A stretch of DNA of 64,000 nucleotides from assembly GCA_963664255.1 (NCBI GenBank), contig OY760938.1, positions 1,975,638 through 2,039,637 of the forward strand, read 5' to 3'. Within the stretch, counting starts at the first letter, position 1. The number at the start of each line of letters is the position of its first letter. This DNA is from Intestinibacillus sp. (GTDB taxonomy: Bacteria; Bacillota; Clostridia; Oscillospirales; Butyricicoccaceae). Below are positions 1-9,703 of the stretch, piece after piece. The notes below the pieces were generated by a model. The model had not been told where the DNA came from. It saw only the letters and a program-made list of their open reading frames with translations, and did no database searches. The position numbers were made by a program, and so were the translations under genes.

Positions 1-420
1 ATCGCCCATACGCTGGGATGGCGTGTTGTTGAGCGGGTGATACTGCTCGATGACCGCAATCAGCTTATCACTGAAGCTGTCCTCCCCGCTGGTGCGCAGC
101 AGACTGCACACAATTTGGCGATTTTCCAGCAGATAATCGGTGGCGCGGGTCAAAACCGTGTGCAGAGAATGGTTTTTATCCGCGTACACGGTCGCTTCGA
201 TGAATTGAGAGCAGGCGGCAATCATTTCGTTTTCTAGCTGCTCGCGCAGGTCATAGACATCCTTATAATGGACATAAAATGTGCCGCGGTTGAGGTCTGC
301 ACGCTGGACAAGGTCAGTCACGGTGATGTCCTTGAAGTCCTTTTCCTGCATCAGCTCTGCCATTGCCTGCCGCAGCAGTCGCTTGGTGCGTCGCACGCGG
401 CGGTCTTCGGTTTGTGCCAT
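1..420 (-). CDS. TetR/AcrR-family transcriptional regulator (C-terminus cut by window start)
   Basis: Minus-strand ORF with ATG at 418-420, absent from the track because no stop lies in the window. Translation MAQTEDRRVRRTKRLLRQAMAELMQEKDFKDITVTDLVQRADLNRGTFYVHYKDVYDL shows the TetR N-terminal HTH pattern. Divergent from the transporter gene. Confidence 0.8.
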   Translation of the reverse strand, partial: MAQTEDRRVRRTKRLLRQAMAELMQEKDFKDITVTDLVQRADLNRGTFYVHYKDVYDLREQLENEMIAACSQFIEATVYADKNHSLHTVLTRATDYLLENRQIVCSLLRTSGEDSFSDKLIAVIEQYHPLNNTPSQRMGD

Positions 421-563
421 GCAAATGCCTCCTTCAAAAGAAATTTTTATTGTATTGAACAAAATACATACAGATGTTGAATAACATACAAAACGTTCGC
501 GATTGACGATTGCAACCCGACACCTTACAAGATATACTATAGCACGTACCGTTAACAAACACA

Positions 564-3170
564 ATGTATGTTTTCAGAAAGGTTGGTGTTTTTTGGGTGA
601 CAAAGCGAAAGCACAGCCCCATTGACGGCATCGTCAACCACCGAAAGGGCATCGAAAAGCTGTTTATCCTGATGGTGCTATGCAGCCTGCTGTGTGCACC
701 GTTTGTCGGGGTCAATTTTGACCTGACCGTGTATCTGCCAGACTATGCGCCCTCCTCACAGGCACTGGACATCATGGAGCAGGAATTTACCTATCCGGGC
801 ATGGCGCGCGTGATGCTGACCGATGTGTCGCTGTATGAGGCAAAGGCATATAAAGACCGCATCGCGGCGGTAGACGGCGTGGATTCCGTGCTGTGGTGCG
901 ATACAGAAACCAATATTTTGGGGTCGGATGCCTTCATTGATTATACGAATATCGAGGATTACTATCAAGACAACTGCGCCTATATGGACGTGACCTTTGT
1001 AGAAAAAGACGCGTCCACCGCCACCCACCGCGCGGTGAACGAAATCCAAACCCTGCTCGGAGAAAAAGGCGTGATTGCCGGCTCGGCGGCATCAGACACC
1101 ATGCTGGGGCCGACCATCAATGCACAGGTGGCAAAGGTCATGGTGGTGGCACTGTTTGCGATTTATTTGATTTTGACGTTGACCACCACCTCGTGGTTTG
1201 AGCCAGTTCTGTTTCTGATGGTGATGTTCATCGCCATCATCATTAACAATGGCACCAACATCTTTTTGGGCACGATTTCTTTTATGACCAATGCGGTGGC
1301 ATCGGTGCTGCAGCTGGCGATTTCTATGGATTACTCCATCTTTCTGCTGCACAGCTTCACCCATGAAAAGGCAAACGGCATTGAACCCGAACAGGCGATG
1401 GCAAACGCTTTGCGTACCTCCTTCGTTTCCATTATGTCCTCGGGCGCAACCACGATTGCCGGATTTTTGGCACTGACGCTGATGGAATTCACCATTGGAC
1501 GCGATATGGGCTTGGTGCTGGCAAAGGGCATTGTCATCAGCTTGCTGACCGTCATTCTGCTGATGCCTGCGCTGATTCTGCGCTTTCAATCCAAAATCGA
1601 AAAAACGGCGCACCGTTCCTTTATGCCGAGCTTCCGCAAGCTAGGCGAAGTGGTGTATAAAGTGCGTGTGCCTGTGTTTGTGCTGATTGCACTCATCGTT
1701 CTGCCGAGCTATGTGGGGCAGGGAATGTGTGATTTTACTTATGGAAACGAAGCCATCACCAATTCGGAGGGCACGCAGGTTTATCAAAGCGAACAGCTGA
1801 TGAACGCCAAGTTCGGCAAAAGCAACATGATGCTGGCACTTGTGCCTGTAGGGGACAATGTGCGCGAAAAAGAGTTGACCGACACCTTGGAAGAACTGCC
1901 CTATGTTAAAAATGCAACCTCACTGGCGGGGACGCTGCCAGAGGGGCTGCCAGAGGAATTTCTGCCGTCTAGTTTGACGGAGGATTTGCACTCGGCGCAT
2001 TGGTCCAGACTGCTCATCAGCGTCAACAGCGGCGGCGAGAGCGAAGCGGCGTTTGCCTATACCGAGGAAGTGCGGCAGACCATTGCCGATGCCTACCCAG
2101 ATGACCAGACCTATCTCATCGGCACAACCCCCAGCACGCAGGACATTCGCGACATTATCAAGGACGATTATGCACACGTCAATGTGCTGTCATTGCTCGG
2201 CGTGGCACTGGTCATTGCGGTGGCGTTCCGCTCGTTGGTGCTGCCCATTGTGGTGCTGATTCCCATTGAAACCGCGGTGTTCATCAATATGGCCATTCCC
2301 TATATTATGGGACAGCGGCTGATGTTTTTGGGCTATATCATTTGCAGCTGTGTGCAGCTGGGCGCGACGGTCGATTATTCCATTTTGCTGACGGGTAATT
2401 ATCTCGATGCCCGCGCGCAGGGCGACCGCAAAGAGGCGGCGATTCGTTCGGTCACCACCAGTGCACTGTCTGTGCTGACATCAGGCATTATTTTGACGCT
2501 CATCGGCTATGGGCTGTATTTCTTGACCACGATTGACGCTGTGGCAACCTTGGGCGAGATGATTGGGCGCGGCGCGCTTTTGTCGGTGATTTTGGTGCTG
2601 TTTTTGCTGCCGATTTGCTTGATGATTTTTGATAAACTGATAGTCAAGCAGGATTATGCCACCAAAAAACACGCCACGATGAATCGAATTCGTGCAACCA
2701 AGCTCATTCGTCCAACGGTGAGTGCACTCAAGACACAGGCACGTGAGCTGCACCGCCAGATACACGAAAACCGCAAGGCAAGGCGGCAGGCATTTTTGCG
2801 CAGACTGCGCGGCAAGAAAACCGAAGAACCCGCACCAGAGGCGCAGGAAGTGCAGGAGCCATTGCCGCCCGACCCCATGCCAGCAGAGCAGGCGACACCG
2901 CAGACAACACAAGAGCATCTGCTGCCGCCAGACACCATAGATGTGCAGCCGGAACAGGAGGCGCATTCCGATTTGCGCAGACTGCGCGGCAAGAAAACCG
3001 AAGAACCCGCACCAGAGGCGGAGGAAGAGCAGGAGCCATTGCCGCCCGACCCCATGCCAGCAGAGCAGGTGACACCGCAGACAACACAAGAGCATCTGCT
3101 GCCGCCAGACACCATAGATGTGCAGCCGGAACAGGAGGAGCATTCCGATGAAAAGAAATCTGAAGAGTAA
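564..3170 (+). CDS. MMPL/RND-superfamily membrane transporter with a duplicated Pro/Glu/Gln-rich C-terminal tail
   Basis: 868-aa ORF with two hydrophobic multi-helix bundles (e.g. VALFAIYLILTLTTTSWFEPVLFLMVMFIAIIINNG; LSLLGVALVIAVAFRSLVLPIVVLIPIE) separated by large soluble loops. Divergent TetR gene upstream. The exact start is uncertain; an in-frame GTG lies at 597. Confidence 0.8.
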   Translation: MYVFRKVGVFWVTKRKHSPIDGIVNHRKGIEKLFILMVLCSLLCAPFVGVNFDLTVYLPDYAPSSQALDIMEQEFTYPGMARVMLTDVSLYEAKAYKDRIAAVDGVDSVLWCDTETNILGSDAFIDYTNIEDYYQDNCAYMDVTFVEKDASTATHRAVNEIQTLLGEKGVIAGSAASDTMLGPTINAQVAKVMVVALFAIYLILTLTTTSWFEPVLFLMVMFIAIIINNGTNIFLGTISFMTNAVASVLQLAISMDYSIFLLHSFTHEKANGIEPEQAMANALRTSFVSIMSSGATTIAGFLALTLMEFTIGRDMGLVLAKGIVISLLTVILLMPALILRFQSKIEKTAHRSFMPSFRKLGEVVYKVRVPVFVLIALIVLPSYVGQGMCDFTYGNEAITNSEGTQVYQSEQLMNAKFGKSNMMLALVPVGDNVREKELTDTLEELPYVKNATSLAGTLPEGLPEEFLPSSLTEDLHSAHWSRLLISVNSGGESEAAFAYTEEVRQTIADAYPDDQTYLIGTTPSTQDIRDIIKDDYAHVNVLSLLGVALVIAVAFRSLVLPIVVLIPIETAVFINMAIPYIMGQRLMFLGYIICSCVQLGATVDYSILLTGNYLDARAQGDRKEAAIRSVTTSALSVLTSGIILTLIGYGLYFLTTIDAVATLGEMIGRGALLSVILVLFLLPICLMIFDKLIVKQDYATKKHATMNRIRATKLIRPTVSALKTQARELHRQIHENRKARRQAFLRRLRGKKTEEPAPEAQEVQEPLPPDPMPAEQATPQTTQEHLLPPDTIDVQPEQEAHSDLRRLRGKKTEEPAPEAEEEQEPLPPDPMPAEQVTPQTTQEHLLPPDTIDVQPEQEEHSDEKKSEE
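2795..3148 (+). repeat. Tandem duplication, 2 x 177 bp (59 codons), inside the 3' end of the transporter gene
   Basis: The unit starting TTTGCGCAGACTGCGCGGCAAGAAAACCGAAGAACCCGCACCAGAGGCG at 2795 recurs at 2972 with only a few substitutions. The protein repeat is LRRLRGKKTEEPAPEA.E.QEPLPPDPMPAEQ.TPQTTQEHLLPPDTIDVQPEQE.HSD. Confidence 0.9.
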
Positions 3171-5226
3171 AAATAGCATTGCCGGTTTGCTGGCGGCGGC
3201 GTGTCTGATGCAGGCTGTCCCTGCGGCACAAGCGGCACCCCCCGCGGTGGAAACCGATGAGGCGGTGTATGTCAATCTGGATTATTATGGTGCGCTGCAG
3301 GATATGCGCATCGTCAAGGGCGTCAGCCTCAACGGACAGAACACCTTCACCGACTATGGCGATTATGCCCAGGTGCTCAACATGACCAGCTATGACACCC
3401 CAACCGTTGCAGAGGGAAAGGTGACATGGGATTTGCAGAACCCAGACGAGGGACGCTTCTATTATGAATGCATTCCGTCGCAGGCAGAAACCATGCAGCT
3501 GCCTTGGACCTTTGACGTGACCTATCGGCTCAATGGTGTGCAGGTGACGGCAGAGGAATGCGCAGGGGCACAGGGTACGGTGGAAATCACCGTGCACGCC
3601 ACGCCAAACCTCGATGCTGACACGTATTATCAGAACAATATGGCGCTCGTCGTGACGCAGGGCATCGATATGTCGGAAAATCTGTCGATTGATGCACCGG
3701 GGGCACAGGTGCAGTCACTCGGCACCTATAAAACCGTGCTGTTCATGGGCTTGCCCGGAGAGGACTGCACCTTTGTCACCCGCATCGGCTCGAATGCTTT
3801 CTCATATGCGGGTACATACATGATGATGGCACCGGCAACCGGCGAGCAGGTGGACCGCATTGCAGACCTACGTGAGGCAAAGGATAAACTGGAGGATGCC
3901 AGCGATGACCTGCATCAGGGCATGAATTCCATGCTGAACACCGTGCAAAGTATGAAAAGCGGCATTGCATCGGTGCAGTCCGGCGTGTCTGGCTTGGATG
4001 CGGCACGGCAGCAGGTACAGGCGGCAGATGCACAGAATGATGCCAACATGGACCAGACCTTGGCGGATTTGCAGACCATGATTGACCAGATGGATGCCAG
4101 CCTGCCAGAGATGGAAAACAGCATTCAGACGATGACCGATGCCAACAACACCATGAACAGCATTCTCGATAAACTCATCGAAAGCCAGAGTGATTTGGAG
4201 GCATACAAAGAAGATTTGCAAAAGTTGCACGAAAATCTGACAGAGATGATAGAGATGTGCGATGACCTGGCGCAAATGACCTATGACAACGGAGATTATG
4301 ATTATGTGATGAAGAATGTACAGGGGGCACTGTCGAGCATGGTCAGCTCCAGTACAGCACTGGCGGATTCATTGAGCGATTTGCATGGCAATTTGGAACA
4401 GCTTGCCTATGATACGGCGAGCGGGACCTATTCCGGCGATTCCATGACGGCGTTTCTTATCATTATGCAGCAAATGCCCTCGGGGCTATTCAGCCATTTG
4501 GAAGACATGATGGATGCCGTGGCACTATTAAGCTCTTCGGCAAAATCCACACTCACATTGGTAGATAGCTATGTGGATACGATAGAGGACCACGCAGACG
4601 ATCTGTCGGCAACACTCGGCACGCTGAACAAGCTGGTGGTGCAGGCGGAAAGCACGATTGACGTGGTGGATTCCGTGATGGACGATTTGCCGGCGATGCA
4701 GGAAACGATGAACACGGGTACGCAGGACATGACCTCGATGCTGCAAAAGAGCATGGATTTGCTCACCTCAACCAAGCAGACCATGGTGTCCACAAACAAA
4801 ACCATGGTGGAGCTGCGCCAGACCCTGCTCTCTGTGCGGCAGCAGGCAAATGACAGCACCAAACAAACCGTAGACGGCTTGCTCGATGTGCTGCAAAAGG
4901 CATTGGATTCCTCGGCAAGCCGTGACATGCAGCAAGCGAGCGACACCATTTATGACACCACCAATGACGAGTTCGATTCGCTCGAGGATGAAACCAATGT
5001 GCTGAACATCGACAATTCCCTACAGCTGCAGTCATTCACCTCCAAGGAGAATCCTGCGCCCTCCAGCCTGCAATTTGTGGTGCGTACGGCGGAAATTTCG
5101 CCTGAAAGCGTGGAAAAGCAGATTGCGGCAGAGCCAACGACCGAGGACATTGGCGTTTGGGCACGGATTGTAAATATTTTTAAAAAAATAGCAGGGGCAG
5201 TGCAGAGTATTTTTGCGGAAGAATAG
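3148..5226 (+). CDS. Secreted coiled-coil-rich protein of unknown function
   Basis: ATG at 3148 gives the signal-peptide-like MKRNLKSKNSIAGLLAAACLMQAVPAAQAAP. It overlaps the transporter stop by 23 nt. The central part is Met/Asp/Ser/Thr/Gln-rich heptad-like helix. The track start at 3118 is rejected. Confidence 0.65.
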   Translation: MKRNLKSKNSIAGLLAAACLMQAVPAAQAAPPAVETDEAVYVNLDYYGALQDMRIVKGVSLNGQNTFTDYGDYAQVLNMTSYDTPTVAEGKVTWDLQNPDEGRFYYECIPSQAETMQLPWTFDVTYRLNGVQVTAEECAGAQGTVEITVHATPNLDADTYYQNNMALVVTQGIDMSENLSIDAPGAQVQSLGTYKTVLFMGLPGEDCTFVTRIGSNAFSYAGTYMMMAPATGEQVDRIADLREAKDKLEDASDDLHQGMNSMLNTVQSMKSGIASVQSGVSGLDAARQQVQAADAQNDANMDQTLADLQTMIDQMDASLPEMENSIQTMTDANNTMNSILDKLIESQSDLEAYKEDLQKLHENLTEMIEMCDDLAQMTYDNGDYDYVMKNVQGALSSMVSSSTALADSLSDLHGNLEQLAYDTASGTYSGDSMTAFLIIMQQMPSGLFSHLEDMMDAVALLSSSAKSTLTLVDSYVDTIEDHADDLSATLGTLNKLVVQAESTIDVVDSVMDDLPAMQETMNTGTQDMTSMLQKSMDLLTSTKQTMVSTNKTMVELRQTLLSVRQQANDSTKQTVDGLLDVLQKALDSSASRDMQQASDTIYDTTNDEFDSLEDETNVLNIDNSLQLQSFTSKENPAPSSLQFVVRTAEISPESVEKQIAAEPTTEDIGVWARIVNIFKKIAGAVQSIFAEE

Positions 5227-5231
5227 GCAGG

Positions 5232-5271
5232 AGCACCACAGTGAGAGAAAAGACGCTGTGGTGCTTTTTTT
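5232..5271 (+). terminator. Rho-independent terminator
   Basis: Stem AGCACCACAG / CTGTGGTGCT followed by a T-run, directly after the stop at 5226. Confidence 0.75.
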
Positions 5272-5382
5272 ATAGAATTTGTTAAAAATGTACAGAAAAT
5301 ATTTGCGCTTGGGGAAATAATTTGTTATAATCAAAAAAACAGGATGAAAAAATACAGCATATAAAAACATAAGGGGGTTGTA

Positions 5383-6420
5383 ATGATGGTCGTATTAAAT
5401 GGGGCAGAGATAGACGTGAGCAAGCTGGAAATGGCAGACATCATTGACAGAGAGGTGCTGCAAAAATTTTTGGATAACTTCGCGATAGGCTTCAACTGTG
5501 CGGCGGTGTCTGTGGGCAGAGATGGGCAGGAGTTCACCAGACCGAGCCATTATCGTCCGTTTTGCGCCAATTATGTGCACGCGTCAGATGCGGGGGATGC
5601 ACGCTGTGCCGCCTGTCATAAGGAGTTTGGGCAGCAGGCAACGGCGCGCAGACGGCCTTATGTCGCGCATTGCCATGCGGGTTTAATCGATTTTGCCGCG
5701 CCGATTTTGGTGGAAGGCGAATTGATTGGCACGCTGCTGGGCGGTCAGATTTTGGATAAGCCTGCGGATGAAAACAAAATCCGTCAGGTGGCATCGGAAA
5801 TCGGTGTCGACCAAGAAGGCTTGGTTTCGGCTTCCCGCAAGGTGGATGTGGTGGAAATGAAAACTGTGGAAGCGGCGGCAGAGGTGCTGTATGTTGTGAG
5901 CAATGCACTGGCGCAAAGCGGCTATAATCGCATCAAAACCGATGTGATGGCGCAGGGTCTTGCCAACAATTTTATGCAGATTTCCTCCTCTGTGGAGCGG
6001 TTGGCGCAGGATGCACAGTCGATTTCCGGCAATCAGAGTGAGCTTGTTGAACAGATTCATGATGTGGGCACGAATGTCAAGGAAATTGCATCGGTGCTCA
6101 AATCCATCACCAAAATTGCAGACCAAACCCGTATTCTGGGCATGAATGCGTCCATCGAAGCGGCACGCTTTGGGATGGAAGGCAGAGCATTTGCAGTGGT
6201 GGCGGAGGAAATCCGCAATTTGGCAGACAGCACCAAGGCAACGGTTTCCTCCATTGATACCATCAGTGAAAAAGTGGAAAGCAGCATCCAAAAAACCGTG
6301 GACAATGCCAATAATACACTGGAAACCACCTCGCAGCAGTCCGCTTCTATGGAAGAGCTGTCTGCGGCGGTGCAAAATGCGGTCGGTGTGGCGCAGCTGC
6401 TGCACAATCTGCATTCCTAA
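5383..6420 (+). CDS. Soluble methyl-accepting chemotaxis protein with a PocR-type sensory domain
   Basis: The N-terminal half carries a Cys/His-rich PocR-like pattern ([10 protein letters not shown]...[30 protein letters not shown]). The C-terminal half has the MCP signalling core [34 protein letters not shown]. No TM segment is visible. Confidence 0.75.
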   Translation: MMVVLNGAEIDVSKLEMADIIDREVLQKFLDNFAIGFNCAAVSVGRDGQEFTRPSHYRPFCANYVHASDAGDARCAACHKEFGQQATARRRPYVAHCHAGLIDFAAPILVEGELIGTLLGGQILDKPADENKIRQVASEIGVDQEGLVSASRKVDVVEMKTVEAAAEVLYVVSNALAQSGYNRIKTDVMAQGLANNFMQISSSVERLAQDAQSISGNQSELVEQIHDVGTNVKEIASVLKSITKIADQTRILGMNASIEAARFGMEGRAFAVVAEEIRNLADSTKATVSSIDTISEKVESSIQKTVDNANNTLETTSQQSASMEELSAAVQNAVGVAQLLHNLHS

Positions 6421-6572
6421 TGCACGTTCCCCGATTTTTTGCATTACGGAGAAGCGGTGCGTGTATGTGCGGGTTTATTTGGGTTTCTGGGCAAAAAACA
6501 CCATATTGACACATGGCTGACACAAAAGAAGTGTAACGTAATACATCATAAACAGAAAGGGGAGTTGAGCAA

Positions 6573-7394
6573 ATGGGTAACATGATTACGTCCGCAGTCG
6601 GAAGCAACTATCTTTGGATGCAGCAGCGCACCAATGCATCCGGCACGGCGTCCAACACCAGCACCAATACCGCGGCAACCACTGCAGCATCCGCAGTGAC
6701 TTCGGAGGAAACGCAGGGTTCGGCAGCTTCCGTAACAAACGGCGTGGATTCTATTGAATTGAGCGCAGCAGCACAGGCATACTTACAGTCCAATGGACAA
6801 GCAGCATCCGGCACGGTGAATAGCGTTGTGGGTGCTTCCTATACCGCAAACAGCAGTGCGCTGCTTTCTGCAACGGCAACTACCACCGCAACCGATACCG
6901 GCGCGGCGGCAGAAGCGGCACAGGCGGCGTTGGATGCGCTGTCCACCGACACGGCAACCGAGGAAACCGAGGCAGCAGCACCGCCCCCGCCTCCGATGGG
7001 TCCGCCACCGAGTGAAACCGCGGTAACCACGCAAGAAACCTCTGCGGAAGCAGTGGCAGCATCCACCGATACCTCCGCCACGGCTTCGACCACCACGGAC
7101 GAAACCCAAGAGGAGAGCACGGATACCGATTCTGATGACACCAGCACCTCTTCCGTGGGCGGCAGCAAGCCGGCAAAGCCGGCGGGTGGACCACCGCCGA
7201 CAGAAGAAGAGGACGAGGATGATGACATCGATTTGTCAACCTTGACCGAAGAGGAAATTCAGGAGCTGGTGGCAGAGGGCACCATCACGCAGGCAGAAGC
7301 CAGCCAAGAGCTGGAATCTCGTGAAGACGACAGCAGCACCACAGACACGGCAGAGGCTGAAGCGGCAGCATCCGTGATGGATGACGCTTCCTAA
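6573..7394 (+). CDS. Acidic Thr/Ala/Ser/Pro-rich low-complexity protein
   Basis: 273-aa ORF after GGGGAG. Mostly T/A/S/E/D tracts with two Pro runs (APPPPPMGPPP, GGPPPTEEEDEDDD). It lies between chemotaxis-type genes. The short segment DSIELSAAAQAYL weakly recalls FlgM-type peptides. Confidence 0.5.
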   Translation: MGNMITSAVGSNYLWMQQRTNASGTASNTSTNTAATTAASAVTSEETQGSAASVTNGVDSIELSAAAQAYLQSNGQAASGTVNSVVGASYTANSSALLSATATTTATDTGAAAEAAQAALDALSTDTATEETEAAAPPPPPMGPPPSETAVTTQETSAEAVAASTDTSATASTTTDETQEESTDTDSDDTSTSSVGGSKPAKPAGGPPPTEEEDEDDDIDLSTLTEEEIQELVAEGTITQAEASQELESREDDSSTTDTAEAEAAASVMDDAS

Positions 7395-7441
7395 GCGAAT
7401 GCGCAAACGCGTCTTTGTTTTTTAATGACACACGTAAAAAA

Positions 7442-7466
7442 ATCTCGGCTCGTCCGAGATTTTCTT
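7442..7466 (+). terminator. Rho-independent terminator
   Basis: Stem ATCTCGG / CCGAGAT followed by TTTTCTT, downstream of the stop at 7394. Confidence 0.6.
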
Positions 7467-7686
7467 ACGTCTGGACCTGTGATATATCGGCAAAATGCAT
7501 AAAAATACGAAAAAATGTTTGAGATTTTAGATTAACTAGTGACTTTTGTGGAAGATGTGCTATACTAATGGTAACGGCATTTAGAAGCTATATGCATGAG
7601 CGGAAATGGGAGAAGAGCTGCCTGTTTCATCGATTCGCTGGGATGCATACGGGTTTTTTTAGAAAGAGAGAGGTTAGGGAAATTTT

Positions 7687-8550
7687 ATGAAGGATATTCG
7701 AATCGTCATTGTGGATGACTCTGTTTTCTCCATTGCTTTTATCCGAAATGCGCTGGAAGACAAAGGGTTTGAGGTTGTGGGAGAAGCAGGCTCCTTAGAA
7801 GAGGTCAAGGAAGTGGTGCAGGCACAAAAGCCAACCCTTGTGACGATGGACATGACACTGCCTGGAACCGATGGGTTGGAATGCACCCGCGCCATCCATG
7901 AAATTGACCCAGAGATTAAGGTCATTGTCATCAGTTCCATGATGGATGATGAAATTGTGCACGAGGCCAAGAAAAACAAGGTGTCTGCCTATATTCAAAA
8001 GCCCATCGATGCGGACGAACTGGTGACCACCATCCACCGCGTGATGGCATCGGAGGAGCTGTATGCAGCGCTGCAGGAAGACTATTTTGCGGTGTTCAAA
8101 GAGGCACTGATGGACGGGCTGAACCGCATGACCAAAACCCTGCTGACCTATCAAAACGAATATCCTTCGGAAAAAGAATATCCCTCAGAGGGCATGACGG
8201 TCATCATTGGCATCATCGGGAAATTCTCTGGCCGTATGCTCATCGATTTGTCCAAGGAAACCGCAGGCAATATTGCAGCGGCGATTTTCCGGCGGGAAGC
8301 AAAAAGCAACGAGGAAATTATGGCGGCGATGAGTGAATTCACCAACATCATTGCCGGAAATGCTTGCTCACTGCTCAATCGCAAGGACAAGGCGTTTGGT
8401 CTGCGCGTGGCGCCGCCCTCCATCCTGCACGGGGAACAGGTGCTGATTTCTGCCCCCAACTTTAGCACCACCACGGCAATCGCAGACTCTCCATTTGGCA
8501 AGCTGCTGCTCAATGCAGGCTTTCAAAGGGGGGATGATGAATGGATGTAA
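7687..8550 (+). CDS. Response-regulator receiver fused to a CheC/CheX-type phosphatase-like domain
   Basis: Receiver signatures are IVIVDDS, VTMDMTLPG, VISS and IQKP. The C-terminal half contains E-x2-N-x22-P (EFTNIIAGNA...RVAP), the CheC/CheX/FliY active-site pattern. Confidence 0.75.
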   Translation: MKDIRIVIVDDSVFSIAFIRNALEDKGFEVVGEAGSLEEVKEVVQAQKPTLVTMDMTLPGTDGLECTRAIHEIDPEIKVIVISSMMDDEIVHEAKKNKVSAYIQKPIDADELVTTIHRVMASEELYAALQEDYFAVFKEALMDGLNRMTKTLLTYQNEYPSEKEYPSEGMTVIIGIIGKFSGRMLIDLSKETAGNIAAAIFRREAKSNEEIMAAMSEFTNIIAGNACSLLNRKDKAFGLRVAPPSILHGEQVLISAPNFSTTTAIADSPFGKLLLNAGFQRGDDEWM

Positions 8551-9002
8551 AATATATCAATCCGTTCGTGGAATCCTTTACCATGGTGATGCCGCAGCTG
8601 GGCTTTGAAAATGTGCAGCTGGGCACCATGGGCGAGAAAAACAATGAGGTGGAGGTCACCGGCATTGCGGTGATTTTGGGCATTGTGGGGGCGATGCGCG
8701 GCAATGTGGTGTATGCCATCGATGTCGAATCGGCAAAGCAAATTGCCTCGGTGATGATGATGGGGATGCCGGTGGAAGAGTTTGACGAAATGGCGAAAAG
8801 TGCCCTGTCAGAGCTGACCAATATGCTGACCGCCAACGCCGCAACGGCGTTTTCCAACATTGGCATTGAAATCGATATTTCAACCCCTACCATGCTGCAA
8901 GGCAATGAAATGGGGATTAAAATGAGCTCCAATGATATTCTGTGCGTCAGTCTGTTGGCGGATGGCGTGCCGGTGGAAATCAACGTTGCGTTTGAAAAAT
9001 AA
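8541..9002 (+). CDS. cheX: CheX-like chemotaxis phosphatase
   Basis: 153 aa. The N-terminus is MDVKYINPFVESF and ELTNMLTANA...STP resembles the CheX motif. The start overlaps the upstream gene by 10 nt. Confidence 0.7.
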   Translation: MDVKYINPFVESFTMVMPQLGFENVQLGTMGEKNNEVEVTGIAVILGIVGAMRGNVVYAIDVESAKQIASVMMMGMPVEEFDEMAKSALSELTNMLTANAATAFSNIGIEIDISTPTMLQGNEMGIKMSSNDILCVSLLADGVPVEINVAFEK

Positions 9003-9027
9003 GTCTGCGGCAAAGGAGTTTTTTTCC

Positions 9028-9510
9028 ATGAAAACATTGGTGATATTTTACTCTTTTGAAGGAAATACAAAGTTTATTGCACAGCAAGTGGCAGCAGCCT
9101 TGCAGGCGGACACCATGCAGCTGGAAGTGGCGAAGCAATATCCCAAAAAGGGACTGCAAAAGTATCTTTGGGGCGGAAAAAGCGTTTTGCTGGGGGAACA
9201 GCCGCCGCTGACCAATCCTATGGCCGACATCAATGCCTATCAAAACATTGTGCTGGGTACGCCGGTTTGGGCGGGGTCATTTGCGCCGCCTGTGCATACC
9301 TTTTTGCAGCAGCATACGTTGCACGGCAAGAACGTGGCGCTGTTTGCCTGCCATGGCGGCGGCGGTGCGCAAAAATGCTTTGCCAAAATAAAAGCCTGCA
9401 TCCCTGACAATACCTTTGTGGGGGAAATGGCATTCTTCGACCCCTTGCAGCATACGCCCGAAGCTGCGGCAAAAAACGCCACAGTATGGGCAGAGCAGCT
9501 GTCATTTTAA
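9028..9510 (+). CDS. Flavodoxin-family protein
   Basis: ATG 9028 is preceded by AAAGGAG. MKTLVIFYSFEGNTKFIA is a flavodoxin-type N-terminal FMN loop. The longer track start at 8932 overlaps cheX and is rejected. Confidence 0.7.
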   Translation: MKTLVIFYSFEGNTKFIAQQVAAALQADTMQLEVAKQYPKKGLQKYLWGGKSVLLGEQPPLTNPMADINAYQNIVLGTPVWAGSFAPPVHTFLQQHTLHGKNVALFACHGGGGAQKCFAKIKACIPDNTFVGEMAFFDPLQHTPEAAAKNATVWAEQLSF

Positions 9511-9522
9511 GGAATACATGAA

Positions 9523-9557
9523 AAGAGGAAACGCAGTGCTTGCGCTTCCTCTTTTTT
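9523..9557 (+). terminator. Rho-independent terminator
   Basis: Stem AAGAGGAAACGCA / TGCGCTTCCTCTT (one mismatch) followed by a T-run. Confidence 0.7.
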
Positions 9558-9703
9558 GCATAGCAGGTTCTTGATAAAATCAGTAGGCATTTTTATTTTT
9601 CTGTGATATACTGTTTGCAAGCAAACAGTATATATCTTATTCATACAAGTTGGTAGGATATGGTGCGCGTGCATCATATCTGGCAGCGCGTGAGGAGGGC
9701 AGC

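Noticed and set aside
2481-3597. Long minus-strand ORFs (264, 194 and 289 aa) opposite the transporter tail and the secreted-protein gene
   Set aside because: They are Cys/Arg/Leu-rich shadow frames of GC-rich, repeat-containing coding sequence. They lack RBSs and recognisable motifs, and their internal repeats simply mirror the 177-bp duplication.
6608-7239. Several ORFs in other frames and on the other strand across the low-complexity acidic protein gene
   Set aside because: They are compositional artefacts of the biased GC-rich tract. The only support for the chosen frame is its RBS and operon context, hence its modest confidence.
8932-9027. N-terminal extensions proposed by the ORF track for the flavodoxin gene, and similarly for 3118, 9650, 15998, 18325, 30551, 51402 and 24874
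   Set aside because: In each case an internal start with a proper Shine-Dalgarno sequence and a family-typical N-terminus exists. The extension either overlaps the upstream gene or lacks an RBS.
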